Positions 39,817 through 48,368 of a stretch of DNA of 64,000 nucleotides are shown piece by piece. The first letter of the stretch is position 1; each line of letters opens with the position of its first letter. A program made the position numbers and the translations under genes. Below the pieces are notes generated by a model, which was not told the DNA's origin, did not search any database, and saw only the letters and a program-made list of their open reading frames with translations. This DNA is from a virus: IMG/VR virus record IMGVR_UViG_3300036770_008442, positions 32,001 through 96,000 of that record; one strand, written 5' to 3'.

Positions 39817-42210
39817 TTAAGATTTTTTCGGCTCAATAATAAAAATAGAATTACCCAGATCTCCTGATATTGAGTCTTTATCTATGATTGACATCCTTTT
39901 CAGATGATTCTTTTTGCTCTTGAGAATGGCTGGGATTTTTTTAACAGTCTGATAAACTCTAGAGGTGTGTTGATCCCCCATATCTCCATCCATGTCCCAG
40001 CATTCCATACATTGAGAATTATTCGCATCTTCTTTAACGGGAGAGAGTGAACACATTGACTCCTGAACCATCGAAGATCCAGATTTAAACATGGGATTTT
40101 TTGTCATCTTTTCGAGAATCTCCTGAGTTTCAATTCCAAATTTTTCAAGCATCATTTCTAATGCACATCCCCATTTTTCTTTTTTCTTATCATAAGAAAC
40201 TAAAGGAGAAAGAAAAACAATATTATTATAGAGAAATCTTTGCTCGGAGGGGGAAAGTTTGTCCAAGTGAATATCATCCCCGCAAATTCCATGAACGGAA
40301 GAGCAAATGGAATCTAAAGATTTCGGGGGAATAAATCCTCTTTGAATGTGATCCGAAGCAGGCTTCAGAGAATCATGACAGGATCGATATGGTGATTCCA
40401 TCTCTTTCAAATGGCTTTTTGCAAGATCTGCATTTTTTCCAAAGACTCCATCGATGGGTTTACATTTAGTTTCCTTATCAACACCGCAAAAATTCTTGTA
40501 ATATGAGGTGTAAAGATTGCCATAATCTTTGACATCATCTTCTTCCGTACCAATCATAGAAGAGTATTTAGCCCAGTTTAAAGGCTTGTTAACATTAGAT
40601 GTCAATTTTTTGGTGGGATATAAAGATCCAGGTCCCTTTTCATCCGCAATAAAGAAGTAGGCAAACTCCTTGTCATTGTTTACAGTATCAGTCCAAGCTG
40701 TGACAAAATCCGCAGGATATGATCCTTTAAGACTTCCATCTTCTCTCAAGAAATCCTCAGCCTCTGCGTTTTTATTATATCCCTTTACTCTTAAAGATTT
40801 TGCCAGCTTTTCTGCAAGCAACGAATCGGAGGGCTTGCTGCTTTCTTCGTTAAAAGTGCCAAGCTCATCCTGGTATTTTTTAATCTCATTTTCTATTTTT
40901 TCAGGATCCAAATAAGTTTTATTTTCAAACGTTCTCATAAATGAATCGACATTTAAAACAAAGGACTCCGACAAATTAGCATAAGAAGATCTCAGTTTTT
41001 CAAGGGAATCCTTTATCCCCTGTTTATCATCACCAGAAACCTGGTCTAGCTTAAGAATTGAATCAACAAAGGATCTATCAACTTCTCCGTTAGAATTCTT
41101 ATTGCCCATAACACTTTGTATGGATTTTATAGCAACAGAGGTAGAAGATTCAAATTTACCATTAGCTCCACCTGATGGATTTAAGATGCTTTTAATTGGT
41201 GCATAAGCATCGATTAAAGCCTTTTGAATCGATTTTATAAGATCTGAATTTTTTAATCTGGCATCTGAATCTTTATCTCCCATCTTCAAAGGAAAAACCC
41301 GATCATTCATCTTAGATTCTTTTTCATCCATATCATCTCTCATTTTGGACTGAATTATACCTTCCTGAGTATATGCTTTGGTATAAGAATCTAAAGCTTG
41401 AGTTAAAAGATCATTGACATCCCCCATTTTTTTCATAAGATCCTCATTTTTCTGGATCTTCTGCATAATGAGTTCAGATGACTTAACTATATAATTGTGA
41501 TACTCCTGAGATAGATTATCCACTTTTTTCTCTAAGTCCAAAAGCTCTTTTCTATCTGAATCAGAAACCACATTTTTCTTATCAAAAGATAATCCATCTA
41601 ATTTTTGATCAAGTTGGGAAAAGATCCTTTGCCAATCCCTTCCATATCCAGATTTGGCATCTTTGCCCTTGGAATCTATAATCAGAGATGTTAGAATTTT
41701 TTTTAACCTATTGTATCTTCCGCTATGGCCAATTCCTAAACTCTCATTCAGTTGTGACTTTGCAATCAAATTTATTCCAACTAAAATTCTTTCAAGAATT
41801 TTTTCCAGAATTTCAATAGTTTTAGCCTCTAGGGAAGAATCAATTTCAATCATCCTGGAAATAGTTTCCCCCGTTTCTTTCATGGCCTGAAGATAAAGCT
41901 GTTTGTTTTCTGCATAAACAGGATCTACAACCTCAGTTTCAGAAGCAATATCTTTTAGCTTAGCCAGCAGATTTTTAAACTTGGGGGATCCCTTAATAAC
42001 TTCGACTTTTTTGCTAAAAGATTCCGGATTTCTATTTTTATCCGGAGCTAAATCAAAGACTATTTTCTTAAATATTCCAGCTAGAATCTCTGCCGACTTT
42101 TTAGAAAGATCGATAGCTTCAGAACTCTCATTGAGCATAAAAGAACTAGAAAAAATAGATCTAGCAGCAGGATTGTTTCTTAAATAATCGGTTCTCATTT
42201 TTTTATTCAA
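39817..42210 (-). CDS. Probable internal virion protein with peptidoglycan-binding-like domain, 797 aa
   Basis: PLKMGD...IKSIQKALI...GANGKFESSTSVAIKSIQ...NGEVD is PG_binding_1-like. Several LNES/LSES sites. Confidence 0.6.
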   Translation of the reverse strand: MNKKMRTDYLRNNPAARSIFSSSFMLNESSEAIDLSKKSAEILAGIFKKIVFDLAPDKNRNPESFSKKVEVIKGSPKFKNLLAKLKDIASETEVVDPVYAENKQLYLQAMKETGETISRMIEIDSSLEAKTIEILEKILERILVGINLIAKSQLNESLGIGHSGRYNRLKKILTSLIIDSKGKDAKSGYGRDWQRIFSQLDQKLDGLSFDKKNVVSDSDRKELLDLEKKVDNLSQEYHNYIVKSSELIMQKIQKNEDLMKKMGDVNDLLTQALDSYTKAYTQEGIIQSKMRDDMDEKESKMNDRVFPLKMGDKDSDARLKNSDLIKSIQKALIDAYAPIKSILNPSGGANGKFESSTSVAIKSIQSVMGNKNSNGEVDRSFVDSILKLDQVSGDDKQGIKDSLEKLRSSYANLSESFVLNVDSFMRTFENKTYLDPEKIENEIKKYQDELGTFNEESSKPSDSLLAEKLAKSLRVKGYNKNAEAEDFLREDGSLKGSYPADFVTAWTDTVNNDKEFAYFFIADEKGPGSLYPTKKLTSNVNKPLNWAKYSSMIGTEEDDVKDYGNLYTSYYKNFCGVDKETKCKPIDGVFGKNADLAKSHLKEMESPYRSCHDSLKPASDHIQRGFIPPKSLDSICSSVHGICGDDIHLDKLSPSEQRFLYNNIVFLSPLVSYDKKKEKWGCALEMMLEKFGIETQEILEKMTKNPMFKSGSSMVQESMCSLSPVKEDANNSQCMECWDMDGDMGDQHTSRVYQTVKKIPAILKSKKNHLKRMSIIDKDSISGDLGNSIFIIEPKKS

Positions 42211-42476
42211 TAAATATTTGTCTTATCCCCGGATTTATCCTTAGCCTCCATAGCCAAAGCCAATTTGTTCAGTAAAGCGGGGAGTTGGCCATAGAGAAGT
42301 GCTTGCTTCTTAATTGAAGCTGCCTTAGCAGAGGTCGTTGTTGCTTTTTTTTCCACTGCAGATTCGGCTGAAATTTCTGAAAATTTTAAATTAACATCAG
42401 CTTTAGCCTTTGCTAAATCTTCATTAACTCCCTCGTTAATGCTGAATTCTGATAGATTTGTAATCAATTTATTCAT
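42207..42476 (-). CDS. Small helical protein, possible internal head protein (start moved to ATG 42476)
   Basis: MNKLITNLSEFSINEGVNE tag; overlaps both neighbours. Confidence 0.6.
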   Translation of the reverse strand: MNKLITNLSEFSINEGVNEDLAKAKADVNLKFSEISAESAVEKKATTTSAKAASIKKQALLYGQLPALLNKLALAMEAKDKSGDKTNIY

Positions 42477-43359
42477 ATCTTCTAGCAATAGTAATTTTTG
42501 TTCTAAGATCACGGATCTGTCTCATTAAATTTTCTCTAAAATCCTTGAATGCTTTACTTGCATCCTTATTCTCAGATCCTTTTAAAACTCCCGAAGCTTC
42601 TAGACGATCTCTTTCAGTATCGATAAATGCGTATCTCTCGTTTCTCTCTGTCATCAAAACCTTTATTAAGACTTTAATTTGTGATTTTTCTAATCCTTGA
42701 ACATATTTAGTAAACTGAGCTGCATTCATGGCTAGAATGGGATCTAAGGAAAATTTAGGTCTGTCCAAATTATAGACCTCCTCTTCATCATCTCTTGCTA
42801 CTGATTTAGAAAAATCAAGTCTCCCAAATTTCTTTACAAAATTAGCATCTTTTTCTTTTGCAGAAATTAGTGCTTTCTTATATTTACGATAAAGTTCATC
42901 TGAAACTGTTTCATCCGTTAAATCCTTTGAAATCTTGTAGATCTTTTCAGCTAAATCTGCTTCTAACCTAGATTTTTTAGAATTCCAGTAAGAAATTAAT
43001 TTAGAATTTTCTCCAACTATTTCTTCTACCTTATTATCTATTTTAGCTATTTCAGCCGCCTTTTTCTTATTCAGAGCAGAGATTAAACCTCTATTTCTGT
43101 CTATCATTCTCTCCAATTTTTTATACTCCGCTGCATCATTTTTTGTCTGACCTTTTTGGATATCCAAAGCATCTATCTCGGTTTGAATCTCGTTCCAATC
43201 TTTAATATATTTCGTTTCTATCGTATTAATTTTCGACAGAAGATTATCTATTTTAGAAATAGATCCGCCAAAATTAGAACTGAGCCAGTTCATAATCTTA
43301 TCCATAGAACTGGACTCGTTTACAGATCTATTATCCCATTCAGAAAATCTTAAAATCAT
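42469..43359 (-). CDS. Coiled-coil protein, possible internal head protein
   Basis: MILRFSEW...VNESS tag; paralogue of the upstream gene. Confidence 0.65.
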   Translation of the reverse strand: MILRFSEWDNRSVNESSSMDKIMNWLSSNFGGSISKIDNLLSKINTIETKYIKDWNEIQTEIDALDIQKGQTKNDAAEYKKLERMIDRNRGLISALNKKKAAEIAKIDNKVEEIVGENSKLISYWNSKKSRLEADLAEKIYKISKDLTDETVSDELYRKYKKALISAKEKDANFVKKFGRLDFSKSVARDDEEEVYNLDRPKFSLDPILAMNAAQFTKYVQGLEKSQIKVLIKVLMTERNERYAFIDTERDRLEASGVLKGSENKDASKAFKDFRENLMRQIRDLRTKITIARRYE

Positions 43360-43360
43360 C

Positions 43361-44458
43361 TTATTTAATTTTTTTTATAGCGGATTCAACCTGTTGTACA
43401 TCAGGAACTGGATAAATCTCCAATAGTAGCATTTCACTTGTTAAATTCTTATCATCAGAAACCGCTTTATTGATCTTTTTAAATAATTCAGACAAAGAGG
43501 GTTGATCCTTAATTTTACCCGAGATTTCTTTTCTGCTGTTACCCAAATCAGAATAAAGTTTTATCAGATTATCACAAGAATCAATTTCCTCAGAAAACCC
43601 ATATATTTTTTTAAGATCTTGATCGAAATAGCTCTGTTTATAAGAAACACCTTTAGAATTAACATGTTTAATTTTTTTTAGCAGATCTTCCAAATAGTCC
43701 TTTAATTCTTTTTTTAGATCTTTAGCCCTATCCTGTGTTTTTTTCTTAAGCTTCACAATGGTATCCGGATCGTTTTCTTTAATTACCTTCTTCAGTTCTA
43801 TTATATTCGATAGATCTTTTTCGTCAATGTTCAATTCTTTATTCTTATTAGTTTGGGCTTTGAATCTATTAACTAATTCCTCAGCCTTTGATTGAGCTGA
43901 TGCTAATCTTTTTTCTAATTTTTTAATCTCTACCGCATCCTCACTTCTTTTTTTAGCATTATCATATTCAAATTTGGCTAGTTCAGAAGCATCTTCTGCC
44001 AATCCCGCCTCAAAATATTCCTTCCTTCTTTCATTATCGCCTATTGTTTTTTCAGCAAGTTTTAGACCTTTTTCGATCTGTGTTTTTTTGAACTTAACCA
44101 AAGAAGAATATTCTTTTTTCTTTCTTTCCATTTCATTTTGTACTTGAAGAATAGCTGATTTTTCACCGGATCCCCTGGTCTTGTCAAGCTTTAATTCCAA
44201 AAAATCAATGTCATCCGAAATTTTATCCTTCGCTAAAATTAATTCTTTGTTTATTGCAAGATTGTTTTTTCTAATATCGTCTAATATATTTAAGCGGGAG
44301 AGACCACCTAATAGGTTCTTTGATAAGAAATTCTTAATAGAATCCAATCCGCTGGATTCATTTAGTTGCTCATTAATATATTTTACATCACTGCGATTCA
44401 GAGGCTCCGTTAGATCCCTTATGATTAAAAAATCGCGATGACTTAAGATTTTTTTCAT
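43361..44458 (-). CDS. Coiled-coil protein, possible internal head protein
   Basis: MKKILSHRDF...INEQLNESS tag; Lys/Glu rich. Confidence 0.65.
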   Translation of the reverse strand: MKKILSHRDFLIIRDLTEPLNRSDVKYINEQLNESSGLDSIKNFLSKNLLGGLSRLNILDDIRKNNLAINKELILAKDKISDDIDFLELKLDKTRGSGEKSAILQVQNEMERKKKEYSSLVKFKKTQIEKGLKLAEKTIGDNERRKEYFEAGLAEDASELAKFEYDNAKKRSEDAVEIKKLEKRLASAQSKAEELVNRFKAQTNKNKELNIDEKDLSNIIELKKVIKENDPDTIVKLKKKTQDRAKDLKKELKDYLEDLLKKIKHVNSKGVSYKQSYFDQDLKKIYGFSEEIDSCDNLIKLYSDLGNSRKEISGKIKDQPSLSELFKKINKAVSDDKNLTSEMLLLEIYPVPDVQQVESAIKKIK

Positions 44459-44481
44459 AATAAAAAAAGGTTTATTTCATT

Positions 44482-44489
44482 TATATATC
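44482..44489 (-). promoter_or_regulatory. GATATATA late-promoter-like motif
   Basis: Immediately after the capsid-gene terminator, 23 nt before ATG 44458. Confidence 0.7.
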
Positions 44490-44492
44490 TAC

Positions 44493-44532
44493 AAACAAAA
44501 AGAAACCCCGGGTTTTTTAACCCAGGGTTTCT
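44493..44532 (-). terminator. Intrinsic terminator of the major capsid gene
   Basis: AGAAACCCTGGGTT-AAAA-AACCCGGGGTTTCT (14 bp, one G-U) followed by TTTTGTTT. Confidence 0.92.
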
Positions 44533-44554
44533 AAAATCAATTTAAACTAAAGGA

Positions 44555-46249
44555 TTAGGAAAGTCCTCCAGCAGGTACATTGACGTGCAAGCAGAAGTAC
44601 ATGGTTTCGGGGTGGAAACCAGCTTCGACGAGAGCGTAACGTGACTTAACTGCGATCTTCGGAGACATCGTACCCTCTGAGATGGTCTGAATAGATTCAG
44701 CCATCATGTAAGGCATAAACTTGAGACCTGGCTCATCATCTCCGCCCTTTCTTCCAATGAGAATTCTATTGTCGTTGAATTTCATGTTCTGGTCGACGTA
44801 AACAGTCATACCAGCGAGAGAACCAACTGGGTAAAGAGTTCCATTGTTCTGGGTCAGGGTATTAGAGAAAGGAGCAAAAGTAAACTGTGAAATGTCCTGA
44901 AGTGCACTTGCAACGTTAGCGTTAGTAACGATAAAGTTAGCAGGGCCTCTTCTTCCTCTGTTAGCAACTACGTTTGCTCCAGCAAGAATTCTAGAGAAGA
45001 GTCTTCTCTGGAGAGTAGACAAGTTCTCGTAGGTTCCTGAAGCAGGACCAGCAGTACCAGCAAGGGTTAAACCGGTGTCTGATTTTCCAACGTAAGAAGG
45101 AATGGAGTAAGAACCAGCAGTACCACCGATAACGAGGTTGAGGTTCAAGTTTTGTCCTTCTGTAGTGAAGAAATCATAGTGGTTAGACCATCCAAGGGCA
45201 AATGCTCTAGAAAGGATGTGCTTATTAATAGCCTGTGAAACTTCGTTAACAAGAGCATTTTCAATCATTGAAATAACGTCAATTCCAAATTGCTTATTCA
45301 AGTCTTGGATTTGCTCAGTGGTAACAGAAGCAGCTACCTGGAATGTATCAGCCTCCACGAATTTTGTGAAAGTCGAAAGACCCATTGACTGGTAGTAATT
45401 ACTTTCACCGTATGCTCTAAGCATTGGGTTGTAGGTCTTAGTACCATCAACGAAAGGTCCTTGCCAATCATCGGAGTTTTGGAAGCCAGCTCCAGAGAAT
45501 CCTTGGATGTGATCCTCGAGGGCCTTAACCAATTCAGCAGAAGCTGTAGTAGTACCAGCTTGTGATCCGTTAATTGAAGTACCTACTTTAGTTGCTCCAC
45601 CATCAACAACAGCAGCTACAGATTCCCCCGCTGTAATTCCATCAACCTTAAAGATTGGGAATCCGTCGATTCTGGAGAGTCCGACAAATTTGGTTGTGAT
45701 GTATGCACCAGCAGAGGTAGCATTGGTGATGTAGTAAGTTGTACCAACTGCAAAATCACCAGGATATCCAGCTGCAGGGCTCGTAAGTCTGAGCTTAATC
45801 ATAGCAGGAGCTGCTGCCAAAGCATCAGCTGCAGTAGATCCAACAGAGGTTGGGCTAAGCTTACCACCAGCATAAACGTAATCTAGGTAAGAAAGAACAC
45901 CGGTAGGTCCAGACATCGGGATAACCGGAACGATGTCAAATCCAACCGTCTTCGCAGCAACCTGAATTGCCAAGGGAAGAAGTGAAGGAAATTTATCGCC
46001 AGATCCTTGCCAAGATGTGTTGTAAAAACCAGCATTAGCGTTAGTGCTAGTTGGGAAGGTTGGAGGTACAACTGCTCCCATACCGTTTACAACATTGAGC
46101 GACTGGTATGCACCAGCAGACTCATTCAAAGAATGGTAGTGGCAGTATTTGCTCAACCATGTCTTCTTTTCAACATCAGCGATACCTGCTTTTTGCTCAA
46201 TGATAGGAGCCCAGGTATCGAAGATTTCTGCTTCATTAATCAGTTTCAT
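44555..46249 (-). CDS. gp23: Major capsid protein (T4 gp23-like)
   Basis: DIVPVIPMSGPTG, TTEQIQDL, RRGPANFIV, GLKFMPY, TMSPKIAVKSRYAL are gp23 motifs. Followed by a strong terminator. Confidence 0.95.
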   Translation of the reverse strand: MKLINEAEIFDTWAPIIEQKAGIADVEKKTWLSKYCHYHSLNESAGAYQSLNVVNGMGAVVPPTFPTSTNANAGFYNTSWQGSGDKFPSLLPLAIQVAAKTVGFDIVPVIPMSGPTGVLSYLDYVYAGGKLSPTSVGSTAADALAAAPAMIKLRLTSPAAGYPGDFAVGTTYYITNATSAGAYITTKFVGLSRIDGFPIFKVDGITAGESVAAVVDGGATKVGTSINGSQAGTTTASAELVKALEDHIQGFSGAGFQNSDDWQGPFVDGTKTYNPMLRAYGESNYYQSMGLSTFTKFVEADTFQVAASVTTEQIQDLNKQFGIDVISMIENALVNEVSQAINKHILSRAFALGWSNHYDFFTTEGQNLNLNLVIGGTAGSYSIPSYVGKSDTGLTLAGTAGPASGTYENLSTLQRRLFSRILAGANVVANRGRRGPANFIVTNANVASALQDISQFTFAPFSNTLTQNNGTLYPVGSLAGMTVYVDQNMKFNDNRILIGRKGGDDEPGLKFMPYMMAESIQTISEGTMSPKIAVKSRYALVEAGFHPETMYFCLHVNVPAGGLS

Positions 46250-46280
46250 TTTTTGTATTGTTTATTTTTTTTTAATTTTT

Positions 46281-48305
46281 TTAGAACTTGCCTTCTAAAG
46301 ATTTAGCTACCCAATTCAGATAATCATTTGAGTATCCTTTAACGGGGAGTTCATTCTTTACAGACTCTGTGTTTTGTTGATTCTCATTCATCTTTTGAAG
46401 ACCAATACTATTCAAGCCTAAAGTCCGAGTAGCCCAGAAGTTCTTAATCTGATATGGGGTATCTAAGTTATAAAAGGCAGATTGTGCAATAATAGATTGC
46501 TTCTGTCCTTCATTTAAAGACTCCCAAATCGGGGAAAAAGACTCTGGCATTTGGTCGATAAACTTGTAACCAGTTTGTGTTCTTTCAGATTCATTTAGAA
46601 TCTCATCTGCTTTTTGTGTTTGAGCAGTTGACTGGAATTTCTTCGCAGCCTCATTTATGTTTTGTTCGGTTTTTTGTGTTTTAACCGATTCAATTAAAGA
46701 ATCTATCTTGTTAGAGATTGAAGAATAATCTCCAGCAAATCCAGATTCATTTAAATCACCACGAGATGCTACTTCAGCGCTTCTTCTTAAGTTGTTATTA
46801 TTAGAAGAAGATCCATTAAAATTAAATTTCTCTGAAATAGAATCAACTTGAGAAATATTACCGTTTAATTTTTCAGCAAGATAATCAGAATAAGCAATAC
46901 CCTTATCCAAATTTTCTGCTAGGTATTCCGAATAGTTAATATTCTTATTTAAATTCTCAGCAATGTATTCAGTATATTCAATTCCTTGGTCAAGTTTTTC
47001 TGCCAGATATTCAGAATAAGCAATACCCTTATCCAAATTTTCTGCTAGATATTCAGAGTAGTTAATATTCTTCTCTACATTTTCTGCTAGATATTCAGAA
47101 TAAGAAATACTAGAGTCTAACTTTTCTGCTATGTATTCAGAATAAGAAATGTTCTTCTCGAGATTTTCAGCAACATATTCTGAATACTGAATTCCATCGT
47201 CGACCTTTTCTGCTAAATAATTAGAATACTCGATGGTCTGATCAACCTTTTCCGCAATGTATTCTGAATATGAAATAGACTTGTCCACATTTTCTGCTAG
47301 ATACTTAGAGTAAGAAATAGTTTTATCTAGATTTTCAGCTAAGTATTTAGAATATGAAATACTGCCGTCGAGATTTTCAGCTAAATACTCTCCGTATTTA
47401 ATAGCATTCTCTAAATTTTCAGCGAGATATTCTGAATATTTTTCTAACTTGGCAACTCTTTTTTCCAGAGCAGCACAATCAACATTATTATTTGAAGATT
47501 CGCTAACATTTTTCATACCAGAAATCTGGGCTTCTATATCTTCCATTTTTCTTTTGAGGAAAATGGAATACTGATTCAGTTCATCAGCAGTAACGTATTC
47601 TTTTTTAGACTCCATGATATTGGATTTATTTTTTTCGGTGTTAAATATTTTTTGAAACTCTTCGTTATTTTCAACTTTATATATCTTCAGATCGGAATGA
47701 TTTTTTAAACCCAACGACTCATTTACACATTCCAATTTATCTGTAATTGAACCCTTGGTAATTTTAGAAAAATCATCCATTGTAAATCCTGCGCTTTCGT
47801 ATACTCTTTCCAATTGTGCATCCTTAAATCCAGGATCTGCAACGAGATCATAAGTGAAAATTTTCTTGATCTGAACTTTTTTATCGGGTCCGACATTACC
47901 TGCAGCTCTAGAAGAAATACAAAGGGGTATTCCTGCATCAACTAATTTTTTAGCGATTTGTCCAGCCGGGGTATCTAAAAGACGGACCTTAATTTTAATT
48001 AGTCTGCCCTCCTTATCGTGTTCTAAATCCTCGATAATATGGGAAATATTTTTTAAAGAGACATCAAATTCTTTCGGGTGATCCAATTCACCTAAAAGTC
48101 TTTTCTGTTTGATTTTTTCCCTTAAGTATTCAAGATGGGGTAAATATTCTCCCTCTTCGTAGACTCGATTATTATTATTTTCCTTTCCAAATTCAGCAGC
48201 AATACCTTTCAAAACATATTCATCCTCCGAAGTTTTAGAAACCGAAAGATTATTATTCTGTTTTTCTAAGATAAATAATAAATCCCCATTTGAGAAATTG
48301 TGCAT
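46281..48305 (-). CDS. gp21: Prohead protease (T4 gp21-like) fused to a scaffold-like repeat domain
   Basis: NNNNRVY, LGELDHP, ISH, LDTPAG, ISSRAAG, TYDLVADPGF in the first ~170 aa; helical repeats after that. Confidence 0.92.
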   Translation of the reverse strand: MHNFSNGDLLFILEKQNNNLSVSKTSEDEYVLKGIAAEFGKENNNNRVYEEGEYLPHLEYLREKIKQKRLLGELDHPKEFDVSLKNISHIIEDLEHDKEGRLIKIKVRLLDTPAGQIAKKLVDAGIPLCISSRAAGNVGPDKKVQIKKIFTYDLVADPGFKDAQLERVYESAGFTMDDFSKITKGSITDKLECVNESLGLKNHSDLKIYKVENNEEFQKIFNTEKNKSNIMESKKEYVTADELNQYSIFLKRKMEDIEAQISGMKNVSESSNNNVDCAALEKRVAKLEKYSEYLAENLENAIKYGEYLAENLDGSISYSKYLAENLDKTISYSKYLAENVDKSISYSEYIAEKVDQTIEYSNYLAEKVDDGIQYSEYVAENLEKNISYSEYIAEKLDSSISYSEYLAENVEKNINYSEYLAENLDKGIAYSEYLAEKLDQGIEYTEYIAENLNKNINYSEYLAENLDKGIAYSDYLAEKLNGNISQVDSISEKFNFNGSSSNNNNLRRSAEVASRGDLNESGFAGDYSSISNKIDSLIESVKTQKTEQNINEAAKKFQSTAQTQKADEILNESERTQTGYKFIDQMPESFSPIWESLNEGQKQSIIAQSAFYNLDTPYQIKNFWATRTLGLNSIGLQKMNENQQNTESVKNELPVKGYSNDYLNWVAKSLEGKF
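46854..47441 (-). repeat. 14 tandem 42-nt (14-aa) repeats, consensus xYSEYLAENLDKxI
   Basis: Counted in translation, aa 289-484 of the protease ORF. Confidence 0.95.
47678..47685 (-). promoter_or_regulatory. Intragenic GATATATA, candidate promoter for a nested scaffold ORF starting at ATG 47615
   Basis: Exact motif in the protease-scaffold linker, followed by an A-rich leader and in-frame Met231. Confidence 0.45.
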
Positions 48306-48330
48306 TCCTATGTATCTTTTATTTTGTTAC

Positions 48331-48338
48331 TATATATC
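48331..48338 (-). promoter_or_regulatory. GATATATA late-promoter-like motif
   Basis: 25 nt upstream of the protease ATG. Confidence 0.7.
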
Positions 48339-48368
48339 GGTTTTATCTGTAAAAAATTTGACGTTTTT

